Of a stretch of DNA of 64,000 nucleotides, positions 9,011-18,800 are shown one piece after another (positions within the stretch are counted from its first letter, which is position 1; every line of letters begins with the position of its first letter). The position numbers and the translations under genes were made by a program. A model generated the notes under the pieces. It was given only the letters and a program-made list of their open reading frames with translations. It was not told the origin of the DNA and did no database searches. The stretch is from the NCBI GenBank assembly GCA_965215155.1, contig CBDCCY010000002.1, forward strand, positions 559,698-623,697. Reading direction: 5' to 3'. Source of the stretch: Vicinamibacterales bacterium (GTDB taxonomy: Bacteria > Acidobacteriota > Vicinamibacteria > Vicinamibacterales > UBA8438).

Positions 9011-11706
9011 GGTGCAAGACTCCACCGCGTGAGTGTGGCACAGTCGCCGAGCCGACGCCAAGCTGCGGACCCTTGCCCGGCGCCGCCCGGTGCGGTATGT
9101 TGGTAGTTCTCTCCGCTCGCGGTCAGCGACCCGCGCCGAGGTAGCTCAGTTGGTAGAGCACATGACTGAAAATCATGGTGTCGCCAGTTCGATTCTGGCC
9201 CTCGGCACCACCCTTTCCCTTTCGAGCGGCCCTTGGTGAACCGAGGGCTGCTGCTGCCCGCCGGGACCTTGAACGTCCGGCCAACCACGGCCTCCGCCAC
9301 CCGGCCGCCCACGGCGTCGGCCCGCGACTGGGTTCCGCGGCGTTGCGATTCGCCCGGTCTGGGCATTCGGTAGCCGACGCCCCGCTCATTGCGGACGTAG
9401 GCCGGGTTGGCCGCGTCGTCCCCCAGCTTGCGGCGCAGGCTCTTCACGATGGCCCGTACCACCCTCGGGTCGCCCGAGCCCCGATTGCGCCTCCCCCACG
9501 CCCGGCCCAGCAGCGATTCGTACGTCACGACCCGTCCGGCACTGGTCGAGAGCACGCGGAGCACCTCGAACTCGGTGACCGTCAAGGTCACGGGGCGGTC
9601 GGCCACGGTCACGCGGCGTTCCTCGTAGTGAATCGCCAGGTCCCCCAGCAGGAATGGCTCCGGCTCGACCCGACGGCGCAGCGCCGAGCGCACTCGCGCC
9701 GTCAGCTCCGACGGAGAGAACGGCTTGACGATGTAGTCGGCAGCTCCCGCATCCAGCGCCCGGACGATGGTCTCGTCCCTACCGTAGGCCGAGATGAAGA
9801 TGACCGGCAGATCCTCGAGCTCGCGCACGCCTTCCATCAACTTGATGCCGTCGGTGTCCGGCAGCACCAGGTCCATCAGGACGAGCCGGGGCTCGTACGT
9901 CCTGACGAGGCCGGGCAGCGCCTCCGGGTCGCCGGTCACGACTGGAGCATAGTCCGCCTCGACCAGGGCGTCCCGAACGTACCCCAACGAGTGCGGGTCG
10001 TCGTCGACCACGAGGATGCGCGTACGCTCCTTCCCCTTGCGGGCGCGGCGCGAGCGGCCCGGAACGGAGCCGGCGGAGTCGGCGGGTGCCTCGGCCACCG
10101 GCAGGGTGAATGTGAACCGCGTGCCGCGCCCCGCCCCGCCGCTCTCCGCCCAGATGCGGCCTCCGTGCGCCTCTACCAGCCCCTTGCATATGGCCAGGCC
10201 CAGGCCGGAGCGACCGAGCCGACCCTCGCCCCTTCCGGCAGCCGCGCTGTCGTACTTGCGGAACAGGTGCGGCAGCCGGTCCGGCGGCACGCCGCGGCCC
10301 CGGTCGGCAACCGAGACCGCCACATGCAGGCCGTCACGCACGGCGGCGATCCGGATCGGAGACGACTCGGGAGAATGCCGCGATGCGTTCGAGAAGAGGT
10401 TGCTGAGGACCTGGACGATGCGTCCCGAGTCGGCCATCACCCGCGGCAGGTCCTCCGGCAGGTCAATGTCCAGAACGTGCTCGCCGCCGCCGCCGAGGAA
10501 GGTGTTCCTGGCCTGGTCCACCACGCGGGCCACCTCCGTCGGCTCGGGCGAGACCGACAGCGTGCCCGTCTCGATGCGCCCCTGGTCCAGCAGATCGCCG
10601 ATCAGCCCGAGCATCTGGTCGGCCTGCTCGTCGATGACCCGGAAGAACTGTCGCGTCTCCGCCAGATCCGGGGCCCGCGACGCGCCCAACACGGCGACTG
10701 CCGAGCCCTTGATGGAGCTCAGCCGCGTTCGCAGCTCGTGGCTCACCATCCCCAGGAACTCGGCCCGCTGGCGCTCCAGTTCCTGCAGCGGCGCCAGGTC
10801 CTGCATGGTGACCACCATCGACTCGACCGTGCCATCGGCCGAGCGGATCGGCGTCGCGTTGACCAGCGTCGTCACGCTCCGGCCGTCAGGGACGGTCAGC
10901 GTGATCTCCTCGGCGCGCACCGTCTCGGGGCTGCTCAGTTGCCCCGCCATCGGGAACTCCGTCAGGGTGACCTCGCGCCCGTCGCCGCGGCGGCAGGTAA
11001 TCACGTCGAGCAGCTCCTCCACCGCGCCCCCCGGCATACGCAGGCGCTCGACGATCCGCCGGGCCTCCCGGTTGAACGATACGGGCCTGCCGCTCCCGCC
11101 GTCGAAGACGACGACGCCTACCGGCGAGGTTTCGACCAGAGCCTCCAGGTCGGCCCTGGCCCGCCGCTCGTCCCGGTGCGTGCGGGCGTTGGCGATGGCC
11201 GTCGCGGCCTGCGACGCGAACAGGACCAGAACCTCCTCGTCGGCGCTCGTGAACTCCGGTCCGCCCTCCTTCTCGCCGAGAAAGAAATTGCCGCCGTGCA
11301 CGTCGCGGTGGCGCATAGGCGTGCACTGCATCGTCTTCGACACAATCAGCTCGGTCGAGAAGCCGAGTTCCCGGACATAGGCCAGCAGGTCGGGCACTCT
11401 CAACGGCTCCCGCAGGTCCCGGAAGTGCGCGAACAGGCGCAGCCCGTCGGGCCACTCGACCATTGCCGCGTGCTGGCGGGGCGTCAGGCCGGCGCTGACG
11501 AGGTCTTGCGGCTCTCCGGCGTCGTCGACTGTCGCGATCAAGCCGTAGCGGGCGCCGGTCAGCGCGCGGGCGCTGTCGACGATCTCCCGCAGGACGGTCT
11601 CGAGGTCGAGGCTGGCGCTGACGCGCAGGACGGCTGCGCACAGGTTCGAGATGCGGTCCTCGAGCGTCTCGATCCGTCGGCGCAGTTCATCGGGACTCTC
11701 CTTCAC
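8881..11706 (-). CDS. soluble hybrid sensor histidine kinase fused to a complete OmpR-type response regulator (GAF-PAS-HisKA-HATPase-REC-wHTH), with an anomalous 160-codon tail
   Basis: Frame of ORF 8881..12219. GTG 11706 is preceded by AAGGAGGGG. H-box MVSHELRTRLSS, G-box SGLGLAICKGLVEAHGG, REC ILVVDDD...LVLMDLVLPDTDG, wHTH ending GVGYRM at about 9364. The frame then stays open through antisense tRNA-Phe to 8881. Confidence 0.75.
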   Translation of the reverse strand: MKESPDELRRRIETLEDRISNLCAAVLRVSASLDLETVLREIVDSARALTGARYGLIATVDDAGEPQDLVSAGLTPRQHAAMVEWPDGLRLFAHFRDLREPLRVPDLLAYVRELGFSTELIVSKTMQCTPMRHRDVHGGNFFLGEKEGGPEFTSADEEVLVLFASQAATAIANARTHRDERRARADLEALVETSPVGVVVFDGGSGRPVSFNREARRIVERLRMPGGAVEELLDVITCRRGDGREVTLTEFPMAGQLSSPETVRAEEITLTVPDGRSVTTLVNATPIRSADGTVESMVVTMQDLAPLQELERQRAEFLGMVSHELRTRLSSIKGSAVAVLGASRAPDLAETRQFFRVIDEQADQMLGLIGDLLDQGRIETGTLSVSPEPTEVARVVDQARNTFLGGGGEHVLDIDLPEDLPRVMADSGRIVQVLSNLFSNASRHSPESSPIRIAAVRDGLHVAVSVADRGRGVPPDRLPHLFRKYDSAAAGRGEGRLGRSGLGLAICKGLVEAHGGRIWAESGGAGRGTRFTFTLPVAEAPADSAGSVPGRSRRARKGKERTRILVVDDDPHSLGYVRDALVEADYAPVVTGDPEALPGLVRTYEPRLVLMDLVLPDTDGIKLMEGVRELEDLPVIFISAYGRDETIVRALDAGAADYIVKPFSPSELTARVRSALRRRVEPEPFLLGDLAIHYEERRVTVADRPVTLTVTEFEVLRVLSTSAGRVVTYESLLGRAWGRRNRGSGDPRVVRAIVKSLRRKLGDDAANPAYVRNERGVGYRMPRPGESQRRGTQSRADAVGGRVAEAVVGRTFKVPAGSSSPRFTKGRSKGKGWCRGPESNWRHHDFQSCALPTELPRRGSLTASGENYQHTAPGGAGQGSAAWRRLGDCATLTRWSLAPCRRGSHGCRGACPRRSRLPPSSSPARPRRRTCRSSSTRSTTA
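9135..9210 (+). tRNA. tRNA-Phe (anticodon GAA), CCA encoded
   Basis: Hand-folded 76-nt cloverleaf. Acceptor GCCGAGG/CCTCGGC, D arm GCTC-AGTTGGTA-GAGC, anticodon arm CATGA-CTGAAAA-TCATG, T arm GCCAG-TTCGATT-CTGGC, discriminator A, then CCA. Confidence 0.93.
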
Positions 11707-11825
11707 TATCCCCTCCTTGCCGGACGTGGCGCGCGCCTTCCCGCCGCGAGTTGCCACATATTCACATAAAGATCGCCATGCCGTCTCTCGCCGTCGCCCA
11801 CAAATCACACGCCTCTGAGATGCTA

Positions 11826-12983
11826 GTGTCCAACGCCTGAAGTTCTTGACCAGTAGAATCGGCTCGTGGTACGGTCGGCCCGGAAGCGAGGAGGGCCGTG
11901 CCGAACCATTACACACGAGAGGTCCCGGAGGTCTCGGACGCACAGCGCGAGGAACTGGAGGGTTGGCTGCGCCGGCGCAATACCGCGCAGGCTCTGGCCC
12001 TGAGGGCACGCATCGTGCTGCAGAGCGCCGCGGGACGGAGCGACCAGGTCGTGGCGCAGGCTCTGGGCACGACGCGGGCCACGGTCGGCAAGTGGCGGCG
12101 GCGGTTCCTGCGCAACGGCTGCGACGGCTTGCTGGACGAACCACGGCCGGGCGCGCCGCGCCGGGTGTCGGACGAGGACGTCGAACGGGTCGTGGTCCGG
12201 ACGCTGGAGACGACCCCACGGGGGGCGACGCATTGGAGCCGGGAGTCGATGGCCCGAGCCTGCGGGCTGAGCGCTTCGACCGTCGGCCGCGTGTGGCGCG
12301 CGTTCGCGCTCAAGCCCCATCGCAGCGAGACCTTCAAGCTGTCGCGAGACCCGTTGTTCATCGAGAAAGTGCGCGATATCGTGGGGCTGTACCTGCATCC
12401 GCCGGAGCGAGCGGTGGTGCTGTGTGTGGATGAGAAGTCGCAGATCCAGGCGTTGAACCGTACCCAGCCGGTGTTGCCGATGCGTCCGGGAGCACCGGAG
12501 CAGCGGACACACGACTATCGACGGCACGGCACGACCTCGTTGTTCGCGGCCCTGAACACCGCCACCGGCGAGGTGATCGGCAGGTGCTTTCGGAAGCACC
12601 GCTCGGTGGAGTTCAAGCGCTTCCTCGCCGTGATCGACAAGGCGGTGCCGCCCGACCTCGACATCCACCTGGTGCTGGACAACTACGGCACGCACAAGAC
12701 GGCGATGATCCACGACTGGCTGGCACGGCGTCCTCGGTATCACCTGCACTTCACGCCCACGAGCGCATCGTGGCTCAACCAGGTAGAGCGTTGGTTCGCC
12801 GAGATCACCCGGCAGCAGATCCGGCGTGGAACCCATCGCAGCACCCAAGCACTCGAGGCGGCGATCAAGGAGTACCTGGCGGTCTACAACGAAGACCCCA
12901 AGCCCTTCGTCTGGACGAAGACCGCCGAGCAGATCCTGGAATCCCTGAAGCGTTACTGCTCACGTATTTCTGACGGTGCACAC
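11826..12983 (+). mobile_element. IS630-family insertion sequence, copy 1 (intact), 1158 bp
   Basis: Ends GTGTCCAACGCC... and ...GGTGCACAC form imperfect inverted repeats. The element is flanked by TA at 11824-25 and 12984-85 inside a reconstructed CTAG target. A second copy lies at 31565..32720. Confidence 0.85.
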
Positions 12984-12986
12984 TAG
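11898..12986 (+). CDS. IS630-family DDE transposase
   Basis: ORF 11898..12986, 362 aa. N-terminal HTH followed by a DDE region ([32 protein letters not shown]). The stop TAG (12984-86) is supplied by the duplicated target TA plus the flanking G. Confidence 0.9.
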   Translation: MPNHYTREVPEVSDAQREELEGWLRRRNTAQALALRARIVLQSAAGRSDQVVAQALGTTRATVGKWRRRFLRNGCDGLLDEPRPGAPRRVSDEDVERVVVRTLETTPRGATHWSRESMARACGLSASTVGRVWRAFALKPHRSETFKLSRDPLFIEKVRDIVGLYLHPPERAVVLCVDEKSQIQALNRTQPVLPMRPGAPEQRTHDYRRHGTTSLFAALNTATGEVIGRCFRKHRSVEFKRFLAVIDKAVPPDLDIHLVLDNYGTHKTAMIHDWLARRPRYHLHFTPTSASWLNQVERWFAEITRQQIRRGTHRSTQALEAAIKEYLAVYNEDPKPFVWTKTAEQILESLKRYCSRISDGAH

Positions 12987-13249
12987 CAGGCCGTGGACGA
13001 AGGTCTTCCCGGCAGCAGGAGCGGCAGCCGTTGATGGAGCGCCGTAGCCCCTGTCCCCGGCGGATTCGGCGATCGACGCCTCAGGAGCGCGAATCGGATC
13101 GCGATCGGAGGCTCCAGAAGCGGCTCAGGGCGAGTTCGGCGGGCTTGCGGCTCGGTGGAATGAACCGGACACCGTCGGACACGTACCGGTAGCAGCGGGA
13201 GTCCCTGTTGCCCTCCCAGCCCGGGACCGGCAGTCGCAGCCTGCCGGAC

Positions 13250-15189
13250 TCACCGGGAGCCGGGCGCCAGCGACGTGAAGGCCCCCAGCGCGAAGACCCA
13301 GGGATAGAGCGCCTCGGAGTACCAGAGCTTCGCGAAGTACAGCCCGATGGGCTTCGGGGCGATCCGCCGCCCGCCGTCGGTGGCGTCGATCAACCAACGC
13401 ACACCGCCGGTGACGGCCGCGCCGAGACCGGGAACGGCGGCGGCACGCGGGAGGCGCCGGAGGGTCTCCAGCGCCGAGACCGCGACCGCCGTCTCCTCGA
13501 TGGACGGCGGCACGCCGAGCGCGCCACCCCAGCCCCCGTCGGTTCCCTGCGCGCCGACCAGCCAGCGGGCGGCGCGGACCTCGGTCGCGAGCGCCGCTTG
13601 GGCGTCGGGCAGGGCGGCGAGCCCCTCCAGCACCCGCGCCGTCCCGTAGACCGGATTGGCGTCGTCCGGGGCGCTCTGGTTGCCGAACCAGAGCGGAATC
13701 CAGGACCCGTCCGGCCGCTGCGCCCGCTCCAGGAACCGGATGGCCCGCCGCATGGCGCGCTCGGTGCGCAGCCGCAGAGCGGCCGGCAATGCCCCCCGCC
13801 ACGCGCTCCAGGCCCGTAGCGTGTGCGCGGTCAGGTCGGGGCTGCTGCGGTCGAACGGCAGCGCTCCCCAACCGCGGCAGAAGGTCGGGATGCCGCCGTC
13901 CGCGTTCTGCAGATCGAGGAGCCAGCCGATCCCGGCGCAGGCGGCCCGGCGGTGCTCCGCAGCGTCGGCGTCGAGCGCGTGGAGCGCGAGCAGCGCCCCC
14001 GGCGTGTCGTCGGCGTCCGGCACTCCCCCCGGCAGGTCGGTCCAGGCCCAGCCACCGGGGGCGGCGTCGGTGTAGACGTGTCGTTCCCGGTACTGCTGAT
14101 CGAGCAGCCAGCGGCTGAGTGCTTCGATTCCCCGGGGGCCGAGCCGAGCCCGCCAGTCCGGGCGACGAGACAACGCGTTGACGCTGAGCGTCGTAACCCA
14201 GGTGGCCAGGTTCGTATCGATGGGCCAGCTTCCGTCGGCGCGCGCCGAGCGCTCCAGGAACGCCACGCCGCGATCCACCACCGGATGGGCCGCTTCTCCG
14301 GCCGCCACGAGACTCATGACGACGAAGCTCGTGAGCGGCGTCGCCTCCAGGAAGCCTCCTCCCCGCGGCTGGATCGCCTCCAGCCGGCGCAGGGTCCGGC
14401 GGCGCGCCGCCCGGCGCACGAGGCGCGCCAGCGGGTTGCGCGTGGGGCGCTGCCGGTGACGCGCCTGCCCGATGGCGATCAGGGCCGGGAGGGCGTAGCT
14501 GACGACCGGAAGCCGCAACCAGCGGTAGAAGGCCGGCGGCACCGCGGCCAGCTCGTACGGGAGCTGCGGCACATGTCGCCATCCGCTGCCGATCCTGCCG
14601 CTCTCGTCCCGCGGCGCACGCCCCCCCCCCCTGCGTACCCTCGCAGCAACCCGGCCAGCGCGAGCACGGTGAGGATCGGGACCGAGAACGTGCGGTCCTT
14701 GCCGTAGCGCCGGCTGATCGTGCGCGCGAGCGGTTGCGGCTCCAGGCTGCCGGCGTCGCGCAGCATACGGTTGCGGACACGCTCGAGCGCCGCGCGGTGT
14801 GCAGCGTCGCCGTTGCCGGCGATGGTCAGCGCGGCCCAGACCAGGGCGGTCGTGCTGACGTTGCTCGGACTGTCGGTCGTATCGCCCCAGCCGCCATCCG
14901 CGCCCTGCGTCGCGACCAGCCACGCGAGGCCGTTGCGGACCAGCTCTTCGAGCGCCCGGCGGGGCCGGTCGCGGCCGACCAGTGCGAGCGCGATCGCGGC
15001 CGTGGCGGTCGCCAGCGCGGACGACGACAGCTCCCCGGTCCAGTGGCCGTCCGGCGTGCGGGCCCCGAGCGACCTCGCGATCAATCGCTCGAGCGTGTCG
15101 CGGCACTCCGCGGGCCGGACCGTCGCCGGGGGGTCCGTCGCGGGAGGAACGCTCGCCGCCGACGCCGGCGGATCCGGATTTCCGCTCAC
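13250..15189 (-). pseudogene. class II terpene cyclase (squalene-hopene-cyclase-like), frameshifted in a G11 run
   Basis: The N-terminal part is in the frame of ORF 14479..15798, starting at GTG 15189 (GTGA overlap with the upstream stop). The C-terminal part is in the frame of ORF 13250..15106. DxDDT-type motif DADDTPGALLAL and QW-like repeats. The frames switch at C11 (plus strand) 14621-14631. Confidence 0.75.
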
Positions 15190-16064
15190 AGGCTCAGGTG
15201 CCCCAGCGCGAGCAGGGCATAGAAGGTGTACTCGCAGTCCTGCACGTCGTCGCCCCAGTTGCCGTAGAAGCCCCCGGTGTTGGTCCAGAGACTGTCGACG
15301 AAGTCGAGGCAGGACTCCTTGAGCGGCTCGAGCGGCGTGTGCGCGCCGGCGAGCGCGTGGAGCGCGGTGGCGGTGGAGAGCAGGTCGGGGATGGGCGTCG
15401 CCGCCGACGCACAGAACCCGCCCCCCGGCAGGTGACGAGCACGGAGCCACGCGACGGCCCGCGGATCGGCGGGACGGGCAAGGCGCCGCTGGACGGTCAA
15501 CGCGGCCGCGGTCGGGGGCGTCAGGCCGTCCGCCGAGCCCGGCCGATTGCCGTAGCCGCCGTCCGCCGCGCGCAGCGCGGCCAGGGAATCGGCAAGCCGA
15601 TCGGGCTCGGCGAGCGGGACGCCCAGGTCCTCGTAGGCCCCGAGGGCCAGGAAGGAACCGTACGCGGTCCCGTGTTCCGACCCGCCGGTCGGGCTGTAGC
15701 CGCCGTCCGGCGTGCGATAGGCCTCGAGCCGTTCGACGAGCGCGCCCGCCGGCGCCTCGCCCGCGGCACCGATGTCGGCCCAGCAGCGGGCGAGGCACGC
15801 GGTGTGCACGAAGTCGAGCTCGGCCGGGTCGTCGTGGCGCTCCAGGTAGCGCCGCACCCCTGCGGACGGCAAGGTGCGCCGCAGTGCCGTCAGCGCCTCG
15901 AGTCCGAAGACGGTGTAGTAGAGGTCGCTCGCGCCGCCGCGATCCTGGAAGCCGCCGTCCGGATTCAGCCGTGCCGCAAGGAACTCCGCCGTCAGGTCCG
16001 CCGCGTCACCGAGCAGCGTCGGCGACAGCCTGGCCACCTGCAGCATTTCGAGCCTCAAACTCAC
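15186..16064 (-). CDS. prenyltransferase/squalene-oxidase-repeat (alpha/alpha-toroid) protein
   Basis: ORF 15186..16064. Repeated PDGGF/ADGGY/LPGGGF/NTGGFYG motifs with aromatic spacing typical of the toroid repeat. The start is uncertain, since the ORF overlaps the upstream gene end by 59 nt. Confidence 0.6.
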   Translation of the reverse strand: MSLRLEMLQVARLSPTLLGDAADLTAEFLAARLNPDGGFQDRGGASDLYYTVFGLEALTALRRTLPSAGVRRYLERHDDPAELDFVHTACLARCWADIGAAGEAPAGALVERLEAYRTPDGGYSPTGGSEHGTAYGSFLALGAYEDLGVPLAEPDRLADSLAALRAADGGYGNRPGSADGLTPPTAAALTVQRRLARPADPRAVAWLRARHLPGGGFCASAATPIPDLLSTATALHALAGAHTPLEPLKESCLDFVDSLWTNTGGFYGNWGDDVQDCEYTFYALLALGHLSL

Positions 16065-17775
16065 TGCACCAGCCCTGGATCTCGACGCTGAAGATCTTGC
16101 CCACGACCCGGCGCAGCAGTCCCTTGAGGCTGGGGTTGGTCAGGCCGGGCAGACAGCGGATCGCCTCCTCCTTGTAGCCTTCCATCAGGCGGCGGCTGCG
16201 GCCGGCGGCGTCGAAGCGCTCGAGCAGCTCGCGCACCTCGTTGGAGCGGCCGCCGACGGCCTGCTCGCGACGCCACGCGGCCTCGAGCACCGACCGCGCC
16301 TCGGGCTCGGACTTCGCCTGCTCGTAGCCGACGGCGAGCGGCAGGGAGGGGCGCAGGGCCGCCACGTCGTCCGGCGCGTCGGCGGACGGCTCGAAGTCGT
16401 CGAGGTCGTCCCGGATCTGATAGGCGATGCCCAGCGCGTCGCTGTAGGCCCGCAGCTTGTCGAACACCTCCGGCTCGGCCCGGGCGCAGGCCGCGCCGAG
16501 CTCGAGCGCGACGCCGAACGCGGGCGCGGTCTTCTGCCGGAAGATCTGCAGCACCTGCTGCGAGCCGAGAGGCCGCGGGCGGCGCGCCCAGGCGAGCTCC
16601 TCGCCCTGTCCGAGACAGAGGGTGCGGTGCCCGCGGGCCGCGATGGCCATCATCTCGGCGCGGGTCTCCGGCGCGAAGTCGCACTCCGCAAGCAGCCGGT
16701 AGCCCTCGCCCACGAGGAGATCGCCCACGTTCAGCGCCGCCGGGACTCCGTGCGAGGCATGCAGCGTCGGCTCGCCGTAGCGGAGCGCGTCGCCGTCCTC
16801 GATGTCGTCGTGCACCAGGGAAGCCTTGTGGAAGCACTCCACCGCCACCGCCACCTTCCTGAGCGCGTCCGGAGGCGACGTGTGCGGGTCGTCCTGAAGG
16901 GCCTGATGCACGCAGACCGTGAGGAACGGACGCCAGCGCTTGCCGGCGCGGGTCAGCTCGCCGCGGGCCAGCGTCTCCGTCTCGCCCTCGGGCGGGCCGC
17001 CGAACAGCTCGTCGAGCGCCGCCGGGGCGAACCAGCTCTCGACGTCCTTGCGCAGCGCGTCGAGATCGAGCCGCCGGGTCCGGTCGTCGCTCGTGGCGTG
17101 GATGAAGTCCCAGACCCATTCGACGTCGACGCCGGTGTCCTTGCAGTCGTCCTGCAGCAGCGGGATCGCCACGCCGGGGATGGCCGCCGCCTCCATGTAG
17201 GGGAAAGCGCGCTCGAGCACCGAGAGGCAGCTCACGCCGACGATCGCCTCGATCTTGCCGGTCTGGATGAGCGCCATCACCAGCGCCGAGCCCTCCGCGA
17301 CGAGCACCGCGTAGCCGAGCTTCTCGGCTTCCTCCTGCAGGTCCTGGATGGTGCACAGGCCGCACTGCTTGCAGAGCAGGCCGAACTCCTCGAACGGGGC
17401 GGGGCAGCGATCCTCCACCCGCAGGCACTTCGGCAGCAGCAGCAGGCGCCGGTCGTAGGGGACGGTGGCGAGATGCTCGCGCCACGTCTCGTTGCCGAGC
17501 AGCACGCCGAGGTAGTCGAGGTACTTGGCGTCGATGCCGTGCGCCCGCGCGATCTCCTCGGAGCGGGTGCGCAGCTCGTCCAGCACCAGCGGCGGCGTGA
17601 TCTCGCTCTGCCGCGCCGCCACGTAGGCCCGGACCTGCTGCAGCATCACCTCGCGCTCCGTCCGGGTCTGCGGGATGTTGTCCTGCGGCGGCCGCATGGC
17701 CGTCGGCGGCACGGCGCGAGGGAGGGTTACGACCGGCAGTGGGTAACTCACGGGCCCTTCCGTTGATGTCGGCAT
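16006..17775 (-). CDS. DUF116-like Cys-rich domain fused to a polyprenyl (trans-isoprenyl) diphosphate synthase
   Basis: ORF 16006..17775. The N-terminal half has LLLLPKCLRVEDRCPAPFEEFGLLCKQCGLCTI and VGVSCLSVLE (DUF116 pattern). The C-terminal half has both Asp-rich motifs, LVHDDIEDGD and QIRDDLDDF. The start codon choice is uncertain. Confidence 0.75.
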   Translation of the reverse strand: MPTSTEGPVSYPLPVVTLPRAVPPTAMRPPQDNIPQTRTEREVMLQQVRAYVAARQSEITPPLVLDELRTRSEEIARAHGIDAKYLDYLGVLLGNETWREHLATVPYDRRLLLLPKCLRVEDRCPAPFEEFGLLCKQCGLCTIQDLQEEAEKLGYAVLVAEGSALVMALIQTGKIEAIVGVSCLSVLERAFPYMEAAAIPGVAIPLLQDDCKDTGVDVEWVWDFIHATSDDRTRRLDLDALRKDVESWFAPAALDELFGGPPEGETETLARGELTRAGKRWRPFLTVCVHQALQDDPHTSPPDALRKVAVAVECFHKASLVHDDIEDGDALRYGEPTLHASHGVPAALNVGDLLVGEGYRLLAECDFAPETRAEMMAIAARGHRTLCLGQGEELAWARRPRPLGSQQVLQIFRQKTAPAFGVALELGAACARAEPEVFDKLRAYSDALGIAYQIRDDLDDFEPSADAPDDVAALRPSLPLAVGYEQAKSEPEARSVLEAAWRREQAVGGRSNEVRELLERFDAAGRSRRLMEGYKEEAIRCLPGLTNPSLKGLLRRVVGKIFSVEIQGWCSEFEARNAAGGQAVADAAR

Positions 17776-17832
17776 TTGTCGCGCCTGGCGTAGAAATTGA
17801 CTGGTTGCGGGCCCGGAAGTCCGGGTCGCCCG

Positions 17833-18797
17833 CTAGCTGTAGGCCCCGAACCCGAAGAACCAGTGCTTCTTGGCGAACGCGTACGCCCAGTGCTCCTCCG
17901 GGATCTCGTTGCCCGGGTCGTACTGGCTGCTCCGCGGCGTCAACTCCGCCAACTCCGCGGACGCCGTCTGCCGCTGCGTCGTATCCCGCGCCCCGTGGCG
18001 CGCCACGAGCTCGCGGACCAGATCCGGGCGTTCCAGCACGATGCAGCCGCGCGTGGTCCGCGCCGCCGTCTCGCGGAAGTCCTTGAGGAACGACGAATTC
18101 GTCATCGTCTCGTAGACGCTCGGCCGATCATGGACGGTCTCGGTCGCGAACTGGATGATCGGACACGGCTCGATGTCCCCGTACGGACTGATGTGGTGGC
18201 TGACGCCGGTGGCCATCGGGCAGAGCGCCTGTCCCTCGTCGTCCCAGTAGGCGTCGACGATGGCGATCGGCAGCTTCGCGCGCATGCCGACGATGAAGCG
18301 GCGCACGCGGAGCACCTCCTCGGGGGTCAGCGCGATCTCGGCCGTCGGCTGCGGGCCGACGACGCGGTACGTGTGGAACCAGGCGTAGTGGACGCCGAGG
18401 TCGATGAGCCGCCGCAGCCACGATTCCTGCACCAGGTCGTCGATGTTCGTCTTGCACACGCTGGTGGCCACGCCCGTCACCAGGCGATTCCGGGTGCACG
18501 CTTCCAGCCCCGCCAGCGACTTGTCGAGGACGGCCGTCCGGCCGCGGCGCTCGTCGCTCACCACGCTGGTCCCCTCGATGCTGACCAGCGGGGTCACGTT
18601 GCCCAGGCGCCGCAACTCGGCCGCCCGCGCGTCGTCGATCAGGTGGCCGTTGGTGAAGAGCTGGAAGTAGCAGTCCGGGTGCGCTGCGAACAGGTCGAAC
18701 AGGTCGGGGTGCAGCAGCGGCTCGCCCCCCAGGATGCCGAAGTAGCTGTTGCCGTGCCGCTTGGCGTCGCCGACGATGCGGTCGAGCTCGTCGATCT
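17833..18797 (-). pseudogene. radical SAM enzyme, C-terminal about 320 codons only (5' part displaced to 40393..40587)
   Basis: Frame of ORF 17833..18615, which stays open upstream to about 18797 and reads EIDELDRIVGDAKRHGNSYFGILGGEPLLHPD...FTNGHLI...VSIEG. There is no CxxxCxxC here. Upstream of 18797 the frame is antisense junk. Confidence 0.7.
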
Positions 18798-18800
18798 CGG

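Noticed and set aside
9135-9210. tRNA-Phe as the attachment site of one large island extending to the integrase at 24.5 kb
   Set aside because: I saw no direct repeat of the tRNA 3' end elsewhere in the window. The integrase is 15 kb away and surrounded by remnants of other elements. This cannot be excluded without a computational repeat search.
11707-12219. N-terminal extension of the kinase ORF up to 12219
   Set aside because: The extension overlaps the IS630 left end and is low-complexity. GTG 11706 has a strong AAGGAGG, and the GAF domain follows directly.
13000-13250. Possible small minus-strand gene between IS630 copy 1 and the cyclase stop (…CYRYVSDGVRFIPP…)
   Set aside because: Short, with no start or SD and no recognisable motif. 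Possibly a remnant, but not supportable.
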